DNA of 64,000 nucleotides. Source: Marsupella aquatica. Lineage: Eukaryota; Plantae; Marchantiophyta. Positions 26,411 to 39,614 of the stretch are shown piece by piece. Location: NCBI GenBank assembly GCA_973895155.1, contig OZ316895.1:13696125-13760124 (forward strand). Direction: 5' to 3'. Positions within the stretch are counted from its first letter, which is position 1. Every line of letters starts with the position of its first letter. The position numbers and the translations under genes are program-made. The notes beneath the pieces were generated by a model. It saw only the letters and a program-made list of their open reading frames with translations, did no database searches and was not told the origin of the DNA.

Positions 26411-26635
26411 GACCCCCTTCTGGAAAAAGTTTGCTTAGTCAACCCCCTTGATACTTTTCCCCAATCTGGACCATTGATGGACTTTCGATCTCAGATCTGG
26501 ACCGTTGATAGACCTCAGGGGGTCGACCAAGTAACAAGTTTCATTTTGGGGGTCTTTTGTGACCAAGGTATGACAACTAGGTGGCATAACCCAGGTCCTG
26601 TGGGGGTGGTCGGGACAATGCATGGGTCCCCACAC

Positions 26636-26916
26636 CTCAGGGGTTGACTGCCAAAAACTACGAGGACCATGTGCAATCCAGAACAAGTATTTTTGATGGA
26701 AATTAGCTACATTTTTAAAAAGCAAGGAGGTAGAAAAATGTATTTAGTACAAACTCAAATTTATAGAATATTCTCTAATATGCAGCTTTTATAAAGTAAA
26801 CAAGCTCATTAATATTGTAAGCGGGAAACAGTTCTAGAATAGTTTCTTTATAAAACAAGAGTGTTTCTATTAGCCTGGGATTGCAAGTGGAAATATACAC
26901 CAAGTTACCCCTTAAG
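26636..26916. mobile_element. MITE copy 3, older and diverged
   Basis: Colinear with copies 1 and 2 (ggggttgact...aagtatttttga...tttatagaatatt...tttctttataaaa...), degraded TIR, no clean TSD. Extra TIR-like ends near 26435 and 26514. Confidence 0.75.
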
Positions 26917-29900
26917 CAGAGCACCCCCCTTTGCACCAGCTTGCTGCTTGTGCGCATCCGGTATGCCGTGGACACCTGGTTCCTGGCTCGACCAGTGCCC
27001 TGATTCAGCCTATACAATCCAACACACTCCAGTATGCCTAAACTGCCAATCAAACATTGCCATGTGAAAGGTCTCAGATAAGATTCCTAAACTTGTATGA
27101 GATCTATGTAAACATGCATTTCACTAAGACAATATTGATTTAGAGTCACAATTTGTATTTTCATAAAAATAGCGTTAGCATTTTGGGATTGTGTCCGAGT
27201 TCAAAAGTTTGGATAGAGATCAAATCCCAGTTTATGGCTGCAAATTTAGTTTGTTATAACACCCCAAATTAAAGATAAATAAATAAATGAAAGAAAACTA
27301 AGAGTTTTTTTCTTCCTAGAGCGTTCTTGTTGGGCATCTATTCTTTCATGAAATGTACAACATGGTTGTTACATGAATTATTACATGAACATCAGTAACA
27401 ATCATAGACACAAAAGTAACATAGTAAGAACTGGTAGCAGAGTGGATAATGTATAGCCTGTGAATTTGGTCCCTTTGTAGCTAAGGTTGGTAGGCGCTAT
27501 AATGAGGGTAATTTGAATAAATGATGTCCAGGGAGAAAATCATGCAAACGTTGCCAACTCAGGCTGAGTGGTATTACTTTTTAGCCAGATTTGTTTTTTT
27601 GTTTTGTTTTGGGTAGGGACTTTTCGTTGTAGGGTTGGGGGGGGGGGGGGAGGTTAGCAAAGCCATTAGTGTTAGGTATTGAGATTTTGTGGACTTGAAC
27701 TGGAAAGTCCTAACACAATATTGGAATCTCACTTAAGAAAATGGTGAGTTCCGTGTAAACAACTTTGTGGTAGGAGTCTACAGTTCAAGTCACTCCAACA
27801 AAATGGCCTCATAGCCACAACAGAATACTTATGCCCTTCATGGAAGACATTAAACGACTTCCTTAATGTTCCATTCTTAGATTTAATATGATTTTTTCTT
27901 CACGTTGAATGAGACACTTTACCCACAGGGCAGTAAACTCCAATACATCCAGTCTAGGGGCCTTTTCCCTTCCTTCCCCCCCTCTATTGGGCCGCTTTGC
28001 CATTGGAACCCTGTCTCCCGTTTTGGCATTTTTGGCACTGTGATATATATAGTGGATCCAGTAGGACCTCCATTGAGCCCCATATGTATGCCATAATTAG
28101 ATCAACCACCACTGGCACTATAAAGGGGAGTCTTGTTTGCCTCTAGTATGCCAATCTCCTCACAATTTCAGGAAGATAATACTAATTTTGGTGAGTTCTA
28201 TACTAGCAGAACCTGTAGGTGACATGATGGTTAATGAAGAAGGATCGACAATGCAATGCTCTTGTGCAACAATATCTGTTGGGAGGCAATCATCATCTCA
28301 GACTTCACACTTGTATGATATATATGGATTATTAGGGTACCATAGGGCGTTGCACAGCTACTGCCGTTGCCTTCACAAGGGTCCATAAGAGCACTCTTAA
28401 GAGCAGCCATGGGGAGGATTTCTGGGATGGCCAATATAGTACCCCATAGTCCAAAAGTCATTCAAACATTTGCGTCTAGGTTTTTGTTGGTATTTTGCAA
28501 GCACTGCAACAACTCACATCTTTTGAAGACCATCCTTAACTCAACAGAAACATAACCAGATCAGCTTTCAAACAAGCCAGTTTTTCATTTGACTTAAGGG
28601 AGATAGCGAAACCCACAAGGTAGATGGCTTTCATGTTTTTGGTGTTTGATTAAAATTTTGCCATTTTAATTATGGGTGTTCCCACAAAGTAATTATGGGT
28701 GTTCCCACAAAGTAATTTTGGGAAAATGTGTGTTGTTCATAGTTTTCTGGGATGATCTTGGACTTGTCTTATTGGGTGCAACTCAGAACTTGGGTAGGCT
28801 TCTATTCTCCCATGCAGCGTGCCTTATAGTGGCAAACATTCACTAAATTTCACTCACTGAAAGTGCTCTATTTTTGGCAAAAAATTAGCCAGACACTTTG
28901 TCTTTCTTTAGCCAGTTTCTTAGCCACAACAACAGACCTCATTAGCCAAAATCCAATCTATACCTTTGTGTTACCTAGCTGAAAAATCATCCTCTTCCCA
29001 ATCACATATCAAAAACCTCTTTGACAGGATGGACCGCCACATCGCTGGATGCCACGACCTTATATTGGGGCTGTGGGGTGAGGATCCCCCTTCAACACCA
29101 CACGAGACGCCACGCCCCCAACTACTCAAAATCTCCCGGAAGATGCCGCCTGCAATGCACCGAGTTTAGCGGGCCGCCAAGTAAGACCGTCTCTAAACGG
29201 TGTTTCCTGTGGAGGGGCCCAGTACTAGTCCAGTAGCTACGCTAGTGCGGGACTGGGGGCCACCAATTGAGGGGGTTCATAATGGCCTGAAGTTAAGGAA
29301 GGGGCGGGTCGCATGGGCAAATGGGGGGAGGACATGATTCTGTTCGACGGTAATGGGGGTAATGGTCCACGCAGAATATTAATTAATTTACTCACTTACT
29401 ACTGTTCCTGAAGTTGTTTCAGCCTTTAATAAATGCTATGGAGCGTGGCTGACTGTCAGTAAGTGGTGTGAATCTCATGAGCCTCTGACGGACCCCTCTT
29501 CTTCTTCTTTCCAGCCTTTCTTTTCTGTTCCAGGTTTTATCCTTTTTGCTTTTTGTTAATTTATATTATAAATAATAATTGACTCATTAAAATGTGTAGT
29601 TCGATTCTCTTTCTTAAGATTCCATTTGTTTTGATTGCGAATTTATTGACCCCATGTGTTTCGTGGAGCCTCGCACATATTGGCTTTTGCTCCAGTTTAT
29701 TTAATCCACATTAGAATAATAATAATAACCCCCGTGTGTATGTGTACCCTCACACATATTGGCATTTTGCTCCAGTTTTTTTAATCTACATTAGAATAAT
29801 AATCATAATAATCTGTATTATTCCTAATCTGTGACATATGTCATGATCTATTTGTATTTACTCACCACCATGACAAGTTTATTCCAAAATTCCCTGGCTT

Positions 29901-30515
29901 ACAATTGCACCAAGTCAACAATTTTGGTTACAAACATAGTGAAGCCGTAGACTACTTGTGAACAAACATTGAAGGCTCTATAAGGACACGCGAGGGAGTC
30001 TATGTAGAGGGAGTCCATTCTATGCATACGTATATAGATTACACTGGTGAACAGGGATAGGCATTGGGAGCTTTGTAAACAGTTTTGTAAACACAGAGCC
30101 AATTCTGGGCTTAAACACCGCTACTCTGGCAGGTGTCTTTTCAAACTGCAATCTCTAAATAGAGATCATTCTATGCATACACACAAACATAGATCATACT
30201 TGTGAACAAGAATAGGCATTAGAACTTTGGTAAACACGGAGTTTAGAGGGCATTCTATGCATACACACATACATAGATTATGCTTGTGAACAAGGATAGG
30301 CATTAGAATGGTAAACGCGGAGCCAATTATGTTATGCACTGCTACTCTGGCAGGTGTTTTTTAAGCTGCGATGCTTTCTAGGAGACTGGCAACAAATTCC
30401 AACTTTGGCCCAGTGTTGCCTTAGTGGCAGTGCCTGTTTTAAAGACCTGCATAGGATTAAACGAATAGTTCCCTGCCTACAACAACAGTTTTTTTTAACA
30501 ATGCAGTGCAAATAA

Positions 30516-30712
30516 GAGGGGTAAGAAATGTCTTAATTTGTTAGTGTGATACATAATGACAAACTAGAGGGGTAAGAGATGTCTTAATTTGTTAGTGTGA
30601 TACATAATGACAAACTAGAGGGGTAAGAAATGTCTTAATTTGTTAGTGTGATACATAATGACAAACAGAGGGGTAAGAAATGTCTTAAATTGTTAATGTG
30701 ATACATAATGAC
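30516..30712. repeat. ~51-bp minisatellite x4
   Basis: 'agaggggtaagaaatgtcttaatttgttagtgtgatacataatgacaaact' repeated four times. Confidence 0.92.
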
Positions 30713-32122
30713 CAAGCGACTTCCCATCTAATATACAGGGATCTCCCTACCTAACCTACACTTTGCTCTTAATTTCTGGGGAATACATAACAAGTTATAT
30801 ATCACGCTGCCAAGAACAAAGGCGCCAAGTCAAGAGACACCAAAGGCAAAAAAACCCAAAAGGGGGCAAAGGGGACAAACGAGGCCCTAGAAACTGCGCC
30901 ACAACAAAAGAACAAAGGAAAAGAGGAGACAAAATCCCAATTAGACTGAAACCTGGAAAGTCCAGTAGCCCTCTGAGTAAACTGCATGGGAGGGTCAGGG
31001 GTCATGTCTAGGAAGTTGTCCAGAGGCCCATTGCTCATCTTGGAATGCATGTGCCTTCTTGTGGTATACATGCCTCAAGCTTCCACCACCTTCGCATTTA
31101 GAAATGCAATATTTACAACACATTTTTTCTCATGAAACTCACATGAACATAGAGCTTTGCGATTTAAGACATTGCTCTCAATTTTAACTCTAGTGTTTTT
31201 CATGTTTTGCATCCTCAATCTTCTGAGACTCTACGCTTAAGAGCATAGCTTTCATTCTGAAATGCTCCCCACATTACAAGATTGCCCTCTGATCTTCATC
31301 AAATCTTTTGCTAATGTTTTGGGAAGTATAACGGCCAAAGACAGTTCTCAACATCCAACAAGCTTAATCTTGAAGATCAGGCACAAAATGGCGGGACAAA
31401 GTTATATTGTGATTAAGGTATATGCACATTACACAAATCGATATGTTCGTCCTTCTTGGTATGAGACTACTCGTATTCTACTTCGTGATGTGCAATCGTG
31501 GTACGTAGACGAAAGCCATGAATACAGACGCCGCTCATGTCCACTTATGTGGAAGGTACGATTTTAAAGGCCCAGCTTTGAGAAATACATCTCATCTTCT
31601 GCATTGGACTACAACAACATCAGTCTAAGCCAAAGTTCTTATACTTCACTTACTTCCTATCAGTATGGACAAAGAATGGGTCGTTTGAACACCATCTGGA
31701 ACATCGAGACTGCGGTGAGTTCTACCAGTGAACGGTCAACATTACAGGAGAAAGTTCAGTTCCAGATGATGACGCCGCGATTTTCTTTTACAACTGGATG
31801 AAGAAAATTCTAACTCCATCTTCTGGATCTAAGTCAAGGTAGAGTGGTTTTTGTTTGCAACTAAACCATATTACTATCCAATTTGCTTACAAAACGCTGT
31901 CAAAACTCTGACAGCTCGGCAGCCAATTTTATATGATCTTCGTTCACAAGAACAGGAATTGACTATAGATCTTCTTGTGCAGAAGACCAGAACAACAAAT
32001 GTTCCTTCAGACTTTATTCACATCGACAAGGACTGACTACCAATCCCTTCCTTATAAACAAGACCCCATCTCGACTAGTCCCAAGGACTCTAACCGTTAG
32101 CCAGGGCCTGAAGAGGAGACAC

Positions 32123-34641
32123 TTATGCCTCCAAAAGCTGGGCAACCTTTGTGATGTAGTCTTGCTGAGCCTCTTCCTTTGATTTTCCTGGTTCATTCCA
32201 TCACAAATATAAAGCCACACATGAGTAAACCGAGAATAAGAAAAAGGAAGGGTACCCTACTCACACATAAGACATCTACAAGGTAAGTTCAGCTGACTCA
32301 TTTTGTTAGCTCGCTACTGTAAATACGCGTGGGATCCAACCAAGACTAGGAGGACCCGAACGCAGAATCAACAGCAGATCCCATTGACACAGAGGGGAAT
32401 GGCGTAGTACGTGCAACGACATCCCAACCAAAACCAGGAGAAAACGATACTAAGTACACAGCAACTGTCTCATGACGCTCATTCCAGTGACAACATCTAC
32501 AAAAGATACGACCTATGGACACATGAAGAGTAGACGTTCACAGAGACCAGGCAGTTCACGACAGCAAAGACAATCACTCATATGTTTCCCATGCTTAACA
32601 GTAAGTTTAAATAAATATGCGTGGGCACAGAGCAGGACCGATGGTACTAGAGAATACGTTAATTAACATCAAGGATGAATTTGGGCGAGAAAAGGAACGA
32701 GGAATAGAGGCAGGCGTCTCGAGATCAGACGGGCGGTGCAAATTAAGGAAAGAACGACTGTACCACACGGAGCTACAGACTTGTTCATATAGTTGAAAAC
32801 TCTTTTTAATTTTATTTTAATAGTGTGAAAACTCTTAAACGTAACATCTAAATTATATTTAATCAATTTTGTTTGCACAATGAGTTGCCGTATACATGTT
32901 CGTCAAAGCCATCCTGAGATTTAATACAATAATTTCATCACGTGTAGCCATATTCAACAACCTACTGGTGATATCTAAAATTCTCTCTTCCTCATTTCCC
33001 TTTTAAATTTAATTTAAATAGTGTGAAAACTCTTGAACGTAACATCTAAATTAGATTTAATCAATTTTGTTCGCACAATGAGTTGCCGCATACATGTTCG
33101 TCAAAGGCCTCCTGAGATCTAATACAGTACTGTCATCACGTGTAGCCGTATTCAACAACCTTCTGGTGATATCTATAATTTTCTCTTCCTCATTTCACTC
33201 GGAACAACACTGTGAACTGTAAGACTCGAAATGAATTATGCAAGAGAATATGTACCTAGTAGGTACCACACATCTATGATGAGATCGACCCGGCCTCGAA
33301 GAATATTAAACCCAGTCTACTCAATCGACTCACTTTGACAAACCTTTCTTCAGTTGTTACTTGGGTTCTTGGGTGGGCACCAGCTTGCTCGAGCATTTCT
33401 ACTACCATTGCTGAGAAGCAATTGTAACTGATTTCCACTTTCGACGAAATTCAGCAAATCCACAAGAAATTCCAAATCCACTGATTTTTAAACATAATTG
33501 ATTGACAACACGATAGAGACACTCCCGCTACAGATATCTCCGCCAGGAACACAACTTTTCTAGACAAAAAGAGGCTAAATACCTTCAACCTTCTTCCATG
33601 CGTCCCACTTGGCCTTTCCCTTCAAATCGAACATACCGGGACGTGCTGCGAATGGAAAGAAAAGTAAGATGTCAAAGACAAAGATATACACCATATTACT
33701 GAAAGTGTCGAGGGGTGCTGGTCAAATCTGACGAAAAAATAAGGAAAAACTCACAGGTGTTCACGTTTCCAACGGTGGCCTGTTTGTACAATCCATAAAG
33801 AATCAATTTGGATTCGTCAGTGGTTGATGAGGGCAACGTGAGAGCATCCTTGGCAGCTTTCTCAAAGTCCTCCTGCACCACACGGCCAGCTAAATGAGGA
33901 CAAAGAAGCACGGTATGGACTGTAATCGCACAGAGCCAATAATTGAACTTTGAGGGGGGCGCCGCGAGTTTCCTTGCGCTCCATAATTTTGCGAACTCAA
34001 CAGGGCAAGTCCCACTACATTGAGAAAAGTCCAAAGCTCTGCCCAGCCAAAGCGGTGGTCACCATCACAGCCAGGTATGAACAAGGGGGACCACGATTGG
34101 TAAGACTGAAGACGGATTGCAAGACGCGTGCAAAGATACACTAAGCTCGCAGGGGCAAAACGTATATTGTAAACAAGAGCCTCAAGAAACATGAAGGACA
34201 ACTAGCCCGTCAAGCTCATGAGCTAGTACAACCCTAAACTTCGAGGTAAACATTCTACTGGCAACCAGTCGAGCAAAGACGACTTCTCTCGAATTCAGCA
34301 AGAGAAAGGGTACCAAGAGCCACAGAATAACGATATCTCAAACCGCAATAGGGGTCAAAAGCCGCATTCAGGCAGGCCGAGCCAGATATCATGAGGACTC
34401 TTCAACGTAACATAAGAACCACCGTCCTATCGCTAAGAAGCTCCGACCTCAGAATCCTATCACAGAGCTGAGCTGAAAAACCCACCACCTATAAACAGTG
34501 GGCTCACATGTATACGGATTGGATAAAGGTATCAAGTAAGGTTGTCGGGAATCCTCAACTTAGTAAAAAAGAGCTGTTCGACGGGAGAGACAATTTGCTC
34601 CGAAATCAATCAGAGAGAATTGGACACACCTGAATTCCCAT
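32123..34641 (-). CDS. ACBP: Class I (small cytosolic) acyl-CoA-binding protein, 85 aa, 4 exons
   Basis: Exons 34641-34630 (MGIQ), 33872-33755 (EDFEKAAKDALTLP...LILYGLYKQATVGNVNT), 33645-33583 (SRPGMFDLKGKAKWDAWKKVE), 32187-32123 (GKSKEEAQQDYITKVAQLLEA*). GT-AG introns, 258 nt total; YKQA and KWDAW signatures. Confidence 0.96.
32805..33197. repeat. ~197-bp tandem duplication inside ACBP intron 3
   Basis: 'atagtgtgaaaactctt(a/g)aacgtaacatctaaatt...cacaatgagttgccg...ctctcttcctcatttc' occurs twice. Confidence 0.9.
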
Positions 34642-34899
34642 AGCTGCCGAGTGCCCGCGACGAACGACGACAGAAGATCGACGCGCTGACTTCCGTGATT
34701 GGATCGAAACAGTGCCGCCAATTCGACGCAGAAAGAACTAAACCGAAGAATAAGTGTGAAAGACCGGAGGAGAATGGAGTCTTTGCAAAGGTTCGACGCA
34801 GAACAGATGTACTCCAGTTCTGCAGTGAAGAAGGAAGAGTGTGGACAGTGGAGTTCGGTATATCCTGCCCGCGGGCAAGGGAAAAAAAGGACGTTGCTT

Positions 34900-35155
34900 G
34901 CTTGGCCGGCTACCCCACCCTTCTGCCCGGATTTACTGCCCGACTGGTTTGCTTGTTTGGCCGGCTGCCCTGCCCGTCTGCCCGAATCTTACTGCCCGGC
35001 TATCGGTCTGCCCGTTTTTCCTGCCCTGTGCCCGGACGGCCTGCCCGGATGCCCGGATGCCCGTCTGCCCGGGTTTAGTGCGCCTTATTCTTTAGTTGAA
35101 TCACAAACAACCCGTGGCCACGGACGTGGCATGCACACTAATAAGGGCCCACTTA
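34900..35155 (-). promoter_or_regulatory. ACBP promoter with a dense TGCCCG repeat and a site II-like motif
   Basis: About 10 copies of (c)tgcccg at 34920-35072, palindrome ccgtggccacgg (~35112-35123), TGGGCC-type site II at ~35146-35151. Confidence 0.45.
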
Positions 35156-35899
35156 TTTACTGTACGTATCTACAGGTGTCTCAATTGCATCCTTCAAGGG
35201 ATCGGACGGCCAGAAATAACTTAATCTTTGCGATGTACGGTTAAGATTAATCAATTGAGCAGCCTACTAATTGACTTAGTTTTGGGATAACTTCAGTGAA
35301 TTTTGTTAGCGTTGGTTTCAGTTGCTAAATTTCCCCTTGCAAGGAATTTGACCGCCCCGAGTATACACCATAAGTAACTTAAATAGCTAGAGTGTATGGT
35401 TAAGATTAATCCACGGGGGCAGCTCACTAATGAAAGTAACTTTGGGGCCGATACCACGGGAACACCCGAGCGAGAAAAAGGGCACCTGCCTAAGAGGAGG
35501 AGACAGGAGAAGATAAAAGCAAATAAGGGGGCTGGAAGAAGGATCACACCAAAGAGAAGAGCAAGGGAAACCCCATCCGCACTGCCAAAAGAAAGAGGCA
35601 GATCAGACAGGGAAGGAGGAAGCCAAGGTTGTGCCTTTTCGAGGTAGCCTAGTAGAACACACCATATTTTACCATGTCACCCTTTTCCCATATTTGTGCT
35701 GGAGTTGAGACTCAATTTGTCACTCCAAGTGCCAAGTGTAACCTTCAACCCTTATAGCCTGCACTCCTCAAGGGAACTTTGGCCGTCGCTTGAAATTCCC
35801 GGCTATGGTTACTGCCTAACAGAAAAACAAATGTCTGACCTCCTAGCTAGCACTCCGCCATTGCCGGCACTGCTAAAATTGATGCACTATCCCATTTAG

Positions 35900-37660
35900 C
35901 AATGCCCACACCTCACAAATCTGTCAAGAAATCCAAATTTCAGCATTTAACATCCTATTTTCTACGGAAAATAAAAACGGACAATAAAAAAATCTCAAGA
36001 AACTGTCAAATGCTAAATCTCCCACTTCTTCACCAAGTTTGAACAATACATTGACAAAACTCCCTGACTCATAACCAAAGAACAGCAAAATCAACTTGAC
36101 AATCAATCAACATATCAATTCAATCAAGATGTTTACACTTTGATCATGTCTCAAAAAAGAACTGATCAATATATCACAAAATTCCCTGGAATGTTTGCTG
36201 CTCACGATCCAAGCTCTAATACTCTTGTTGGAAAAATATTGCATAGGATAACGTCACATGGAACCAGTGTACAACATACAACTTACACTGACATAGAGAT
36301 ACATGATTCATCCCATGTGGGTTACATCTATGACCAAGAGAAGAAATCACTATGTACTAACACCGTACATCCACCTTAGCTTGATAAGCTAACAAGCTGG
36401 TCTAGAGCTCTCCTCTCTCTTCCTCTCCTCTCTCTTCCTCTTTGCTGTATGAGCCTAACCAGGTAGCAGAGTTAAGTATGTAGCAACAGTCTCACCAATG
36501 AACAATGCCCGAGGACCAAGCAACCTTTCAACTTCAGTTTTTGACAGAACCTACTACACACTACTTGCCTCGCTACTCACCCCTCATGCCGACTTCAAGG
36601 AAAATATTAACAAAGTCCATGACCAAACCTATGTGGCCACAATGCAATGAACAATATGATATACAATGCAGTTAATTAAAACATAATTATATATGGTATG
36701 ATGTGGTTACCAGAAGTATGTGTTGGGCCCATTTTCCCTACCCCCATCACTTCATATAAACTTTGTTCACCTGATAAATCTGTTGGAAATCACTCAAAGT
36801 TTAGCTTGTTGTGCAAAGGATGAGACGCATCCAATATCTTAGACTTAGTCCTCAGAAGTAAATAATGTAGTACTATGAAATCTCATTAAACCGCCATTGG
36901 CCATATATAAGGGGTAAGGGTCCAAGACTTCTCCCTTTTTCTCATTCTTGTCCTCTACTGTCCCACTTTGCTCCACATTTATAGGGAAAGTGTACTATTA
37001 ATGGTGAAACTGTGAATCCAACTTTTGTCATGGCTAGAGGTGGTTTGAAAACTAGCCTAATGCCTGACTGTGTGTTACACAATTTAGTTAATATCCATAA
37101 GTGATGTTGAGTGGAAGTGTTATCAAGCATATGTGAGATGGTCAGACAATTGGCAACTGAAGTTGGCCTGACATATAGTTTGTAGGGAATGTGTGAGTCA
37201 CCGGAAGGATTGGAAACAAAGGCACCCAACCAGGCCAGGAGACACACGGTCCCAACTACAAACTGCCCAATCAAGGGCAGGGAGGCCAAAAAGCCAAAGA
37301 GGCCAGGGGGACCAAACAAAGGGCCACACAAAAGCAGCCAAACCCAAATGAATAACCTAACTAACTGCAAATTGAAGAGCCAGGTAGAGCTCTCAGTGAA
37401 CTGCATGTTGGGGAGGGTGTGTCCACCAATGGAATCTGCCTAGAAGAACCAACAGCCTCACCCATACTAACTAACTGCAAATTGAAGAGCCAGGTAAAGC
37501 TCTCACTAAACTGCATGTTGGGGGGTGTGTCCACCAATGGAATCTGCCTAGAAGAACCAACAGCCTCACCCATACAAAGAATTGTGAAAGCTTGAGCCCT
37601 CTGAAGCCCAACATATATACTCTGTTTTAGGCCGTGCTGACAAACATAGGGGGATGAGGC
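35900..37660. mobile_element. Fragmented LINE-like/repeat remnants including a ~108-bp tandem duplication (~37358-37575)
   Basis: CpG-poor degenerate ORFs; 'ctaactaactgcaaattgaagagccaggt...cagcctcacccatac' twice; shares the aactgcatg...gggagggt motif with ~25440 and ~30980. Confidence 0.4.
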
Positions 37661-39614
37661 CAAATTAACCGTGCATGATTGTAATTAAGGATCAAAGGTC
37701 AAGTGTAAAGCCCCAGAGACCTCCACCACAGACGGGTAAACTAGGTCCCCCGGGTAGGCCATTAACCGTGCATAATTGTAAGGATCAAAGGTCATTGCAA
37801 GTGTAAAGCCTCAAAGACCTCCACCACAAGTAGGCAAAAAAGGTCCCCCAGGCAGGCCTCCTCTAGCCAGTGTATGTGCAGCTATACCTATGTTGGTCCC
37901 ACTAGTAGGATATGCCATTGTCTACCACATCCTCAAGGGCACACCAGCCCAAGGGACCCAGATCAGCTTGCCCAATGTTGTATCTTGTCAAGAAGAAAAG
38001 TTTTCTACTATGTGCCACCATTTCCATAACCTTGTGCCTAGAAAGTCTTGTCCATAATCTTTGTCCGTACAAGTATTACATATGATAATGACTGTTTGGG
38101 CTAGGGTTACTGTCAAAAAAACTTCCCGGCTACTGCCCGTCAACATTTTCTCACTTTTTGGTCACAGCATTTCCTCACTTTCTGGTCACAGGGTTACACA
38201 CCAATAACCCCAGACCAAGCTATCATTACCCTATACCTAAACTAGTAAACCCTGACCAAGCCATCATTACCCTATACCTAAACTTTGAGAGTCAGGAGCT
38301 TAAAAGCAACTAGCCATGACAAAAACATGGTTACACAAATTTTGCCATTTTTAGTATTTTTAAAAACATGGTTACACAAATTTAGCCAATTTTAGTATTT
38401 TTTTCCTTAAATTGAGGAGCAAAGCCTCACCCTAGGGAAGAGGAATGGAAAAACACGAGAAATCTTGGACGATTCTCCTTTCATATGGCCAGTGGTGTTT
38501 AAGTGAGCCTCCTTTTTATATGGCCAGTGGTGGGTTAAGTGAGCCTTCAATTGAGCGAATGGCTTAAGTGAGCCTCCTTTTTATATGGCCAGTCGTGGTT
38601 TAAGTGAGCCTTCAATTGAGCGAAAATGATGTCACAAGTTGTGTTGGCGGCTGGACAAATCGACTTGAATTGACCTTGAATGTCATTATGTCACGGACTA
38701 CTCTACGTCGATGAGAATACCTGTCCTCATTCAAGTGCAATCCGGTCCACTCCTTAAGTTCAGCGCACGAGACGTTCGCCCGATAGAAATCACGCAGATT
38801 CTAAATACATCCAAAGCAAACTGAAAAGTAGAACCGCTAAACTCGTGCATGAATTTATATGAACTGAACTCCGCATTCACTGACTCAAACTCAATCAGGT
38901 CGAAATTAAATGCGGACACGTACTGTAGATCGAGATTCCCTTACAGTAAATAGATCAAACCTCTCTTCATGCAAGCAGCATTAGCAGAAGCATATTCATG
39001 AGTACATTCAAGTCCTTTGCGAATGCTGGGAGTCCTAGCCTGCCTCTGTCGATCTACATCGATCTGACTGAATGATTCTGCCAAGATCCCTCAACAGCTC
39101 AATATACTCTTGAGCTTAGGCCATAGGACCTTTACCCATTATCACATTCCCGATTACATTCCTAAAGTCATGGACTCCCTTCAGTTAATTACAAAGGAGA
39201 TTTTTCTTTAGCCCATAGACATCATCATTATATTCTGGAGGTACAAACATTCCGCAAAACGTTTAAATGGAAGCACAAGAACTCATTGATCTTAAATTCC
39301 AGCGCATAGATGCATGCTTCTGAACATTGCTCCAATACATATCATAAAGTGCAGTATTTCATTGAAACAATGCTACAGTGCGAGTGCACAAGAGAATTGA
39401 CGTCACCAGATATGTCTAGCTGCAATTCTCTTCGCGAAGCTTTCTCGAATCATGGTTACTCAAGAACTGGAAAGTGATCAGAAACCCACAGAACCTGAAA
39501 TCAATGGAGCCTTGGATCTTCTATGTCACTACTTCTGGACCATAGGTCACGGAAATTTCCGTCCTGATTCTAGCTGTCGATGCTGAGGCTTCCCATGGGA
39601 TTTGGTGTGACCCT

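Noticed and set aside
31388-31830. Small plus-strand spliced gene convergent with ACBP
   Set aside because: Donor-like sites exist, but no phase-consistent model or recognisable domain; more likely ACBP 3' flank.
34695-35244. Pro/Cys-rich ORFs upstream of ACBP
   Set aside because: They arise from the stop-free TGCCCG repeat tract rather than a real protein.
35251-38621. tcaattgagc direct repeat as the TSD of a 3.4-kb insertion
   Set aside because: No TIR or LTR structure, and the right-hand motif is itself part of a local duplication.
39170-39190. miR319-like sequence downstream of the PLATZ-like gene
   Set aside because: Only a partial match, wrong orientation to be a target in the PLATZ transcript, and no precursor hairpin evident.
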